Under the pieces are notes generated by a model that did no database searches, was not told the DNA's origin, and saw only the letters and a program-made list of their open reading frames with translations. The position numbers and the translations under genes are program-made. From an uncultured Ignavibacteria bacterium (GTDB lineage: Bacteria > Zixibacteria > MSB-5A5 > CAIYYT01): DNA of 64,000 nucleotides. The stretch covers positions 150,439 through 214,438 of the forward strand of contig CAYXUL010000001.1 of the NCBI GenBank assembly GCA_964468475.1. Reading direction: 5' to 3'. Shown one piece after another: positions 62,415 through 64,000 of this stretch; the first letter of the stretch is position 1; every line of letters begins with the position of its first letter.

Positions 62415-64000
62415 TTAGAACAAGCAGGGAGCCGGGCCGCCTCCGAATAGATAATTAAGCAAGTAGACGCAATCGCCTATTGAGATTGTCCGGTCGCAGT
62501 TCACATCTCCGGTAATGAATATTGGCACAGGAGCAGGACCGCCACCGAAAATGTAGTTCAGAATATAGACACAATCCCCAATCGATATATATCCACTACC
62601 GTCGGCATCACCGAAGGTGTACACCCAGACCACGACTGGAAGCGTGACTGGCGAGTTGGAGGCTTCAGCGCTGGTGAAGATCACTTCACCGTTATTTCTC
62701 CCGAGGGGTAAGCCCACCGCATCGGCGCGGATTTGCACTCCAACAGTCGTTGAGGTGTCATCCGGGGTGGGAGTCAGCCACGGCACAGTGGCACTGGCCT
62801 GAAATGGCACACAACCGCCATTCTCGTTGTAAACCGTAACAGTCTGGAAAGCACTACCGAGCTGAGTGTATTTGAATATGTACACCAGCGAATCGGCGTT
62901 GAGATGCAGGATCTTAGTTGACGGTGTCGGCTGAACGGTAAACGTTACCGGAATCTTCGTCGGGGGATTCAAAGAAACATCGGAAGCAACAGTAATCGTG
63001 TCCATGTAGCTTCCCGGAGATAGCCCGGTTACGTCGACGCTCACGGCCACGGATGTCGCATTTGTACCGGCAGCCTGACTTACACTCAGCCACGGCGCAG
63101 TGAAAGTAATTGTCCACGGTACCGGCGGGGTCGGCTGGGCGGTCGAAATTGCGATGTTCTTTGGTTGAACTCCCGGGTAGCTGCCACATTCGACTTCGGA
63201 GAACGACATGGAGCTGGGAGTCACGTACATGATTTGCGGCACTTCCATTTTCCAGAAGGTAACCGGAACCCGCACCGGTGAATTGATCGCTGACCCGGAA
63301 GTAATCTCCAGCGTGTCAAAGTTCAGCCCAAAACCCACCAGGCTGCGGTCAAACGATAGTGTGACCGAGCTCGGGAAACCTTGTACCGCTGAGCCGGTAT
63401 CGGAATCAACGCTGAGCCAGGCACTGTTCTTGGTTAGTGTCCAACTCAGTACACCTCCGCCGTTATTCTCAATAGTCAGAACGCGGTCATAGGGATTTAC
63501 GCTTCCTGAGCCGATGGCGTAGATGCTGTCAGGAATCGGATTGATTACCGGGAATGCCGAGAAAACCTCAAACACGACCTGCACATATTGCGGATTGTTC
63601 GATGCCGTTGGGTCACTTATCTCGATCGATGTCGAGTATACACCCGCTGTAAGGCCGGTATTGTCAATGCTCACCGTGACAGTCGATGGCGCAGTGCCCG
63701 AGGTCATGTCCAGGCTAAGCCATGAAACCGATTCCGTAGCGGTCCAGTTGAGTGTGGTGCCAGCAGCACCATTTGTGATGTCGAAACTCTGGTCGGGAGG
63801 ATTTGCGTCATCCTGCAGGCCCTGGAAATGGAGGCTATCGGGATTGAGCACAATCAATGGCGGCGGCACGGTCATTACCAGCGTAACCACGAATTCCTGT
63901 GGAGAATTCGTTGCACCTGCCGCCGAAACTTCAACGCTGTCGGTATAGGTACCGGCTCCCAATCCAGTCGTGTTGACTGCCACTACGACGGTGCTGGGGG
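62415..64000 (-). CDS. Secreted protein with at least 5 BACON-like Ig repeats and C-terminal twin dockerin-like module; N-terminus outside the window
   Basis: Repeats: LNWTATESVSWLSLDMTSGTAPSTVTVSIDNTGLTAGVY, LSWTLTKNSAWLSVDSDTGS, VPWTITFTAPWLSVSQAAGTNATSVAVSVDVTGLSPGSY, and others. The frame stays open to position 64000, and the first residues (..VVVAVNTTGLGAGTY) are the tail of another repeat. The twin module spans 62418-62612. Confidence 0.8.
   Translation of the reverse strand, partial: PSTVVVAVNTTGLGAGTYTDSVEVSAAGATNSPQEFVVTLVMTVPPPLIVLNPDSLHFQGLQDDANPPDQSFDITNGAAGTTLNWTATESVSWLSLDMTSGTAPSTVTVSIDNTGLTAGVYSTSIEISDPTASNNPQYVQVVFEVFSAFPVINPIPDSIYAIGSGSVNPYDRVLTIENNGGGVLSWTLTKNSAWLSVDSDTGSAVQGFPSSVTLSFDRSLVGFGLNFDTLEITSGSAINSPVRVPVTFWKMEVPQIMYVTPSSMSFSEVECGSYPGVQPKNIAISTAQPTPPVPWTITFTAPWLSVSQAAGTNATSVAVSVDVTGLSPGSYMDTITVASDVSLNPPTKIPVTFTVQPTPSTKILHLNADSLVYIFKYTQLGSAFQTVTVYNENGGCVPFQASATVPWLTPTPDDTSTTVGVQIRADAVGLPLGRNNGEVIFTSAEASNSPVTLPVVVWVYTFGDADGSGYISIGDCVYILNYIFGGGPAPVPIFITGDVNCDRTISIGDCVYLLNYLFGGGPAPCLF

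Noticed and set aside
1-64000. Diversity-generating retroelement, retron or toxin-antitoxin explanations for the repeated C-terminal modules.
   Set aside because: There is no reverse transcriptase, no template/variable repeat pair at the nucleotide level, and no small two-gene TA-like pair. The modules differ throughout, not at adenine-specific positions.

Overview
The 64 kb window appears to come from a Gram-negative, probably uncultivated bacterium. Outer-membrane beta-barrels, lipoboxes and T9SS-type C-terminal domains suggest the FCB superphylum, but that is inference only. I call about 55 protein genes. I found no rRNA, tRNA, CRISPR array, transposase, integrase or prophage core genes.

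Housekeeping blocks:
- HNH-trpS-scpA-scpB
- RNase H, efp
- rplM-rpsI
- rpsB-tsf-pyrH-frr-uppS-cdsA
- uvrC, mtnA, pepA

These are interleaved with cell-surface and signalling accessory clusters.

The most interesting candidate system is a co-directional six-gene block on the minus strand (26772->16696). In order it encodes:
1. a Ser/Thr kinase with periplasmic PEGA domains
2. two TPR + CsgG/LpoB-like proteins
3. an outer-membrane beta-barrel
4. a cohesin-like lipoprotein
5. a 1201-aa beta-helix/PKD protein carrying both a dockerin and a T9SS-type C-terminal domain

The last three genes overlap stop-to-start. Four other secreted proteins in the window end in a distinctive twin dockerin-like module (GDxDxxG..ISDAVY.INYIFxGGPAP, twice) with a conserved Cys pair in the second repeat. 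Together this suggests an outer-membrane cohesin-dockerin display system with no glycoside hydrolases nearby.

Other notable features:
- A non-phage cassette of three paralogous tail-fibre-like proteins (37940-43651). Two carry S74 intramolecular-chaperone domains. A small dockerin protein follows them.
- A set of two-component parts that look catalytically degenerate: a receiver with Asp->Glu at the acceptor position, a DHp domain with His->Arg, and an HDOD-DHp protein without an ATPase domain.
- A WYL regulator divergent from a lipoprotein / PorV-like barrel / M6-protease operon.
- A small adenylate-ligase/GNAT/isochorismatase operon.

All functional calls rest on motif recognition by eye. 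No database search was run.
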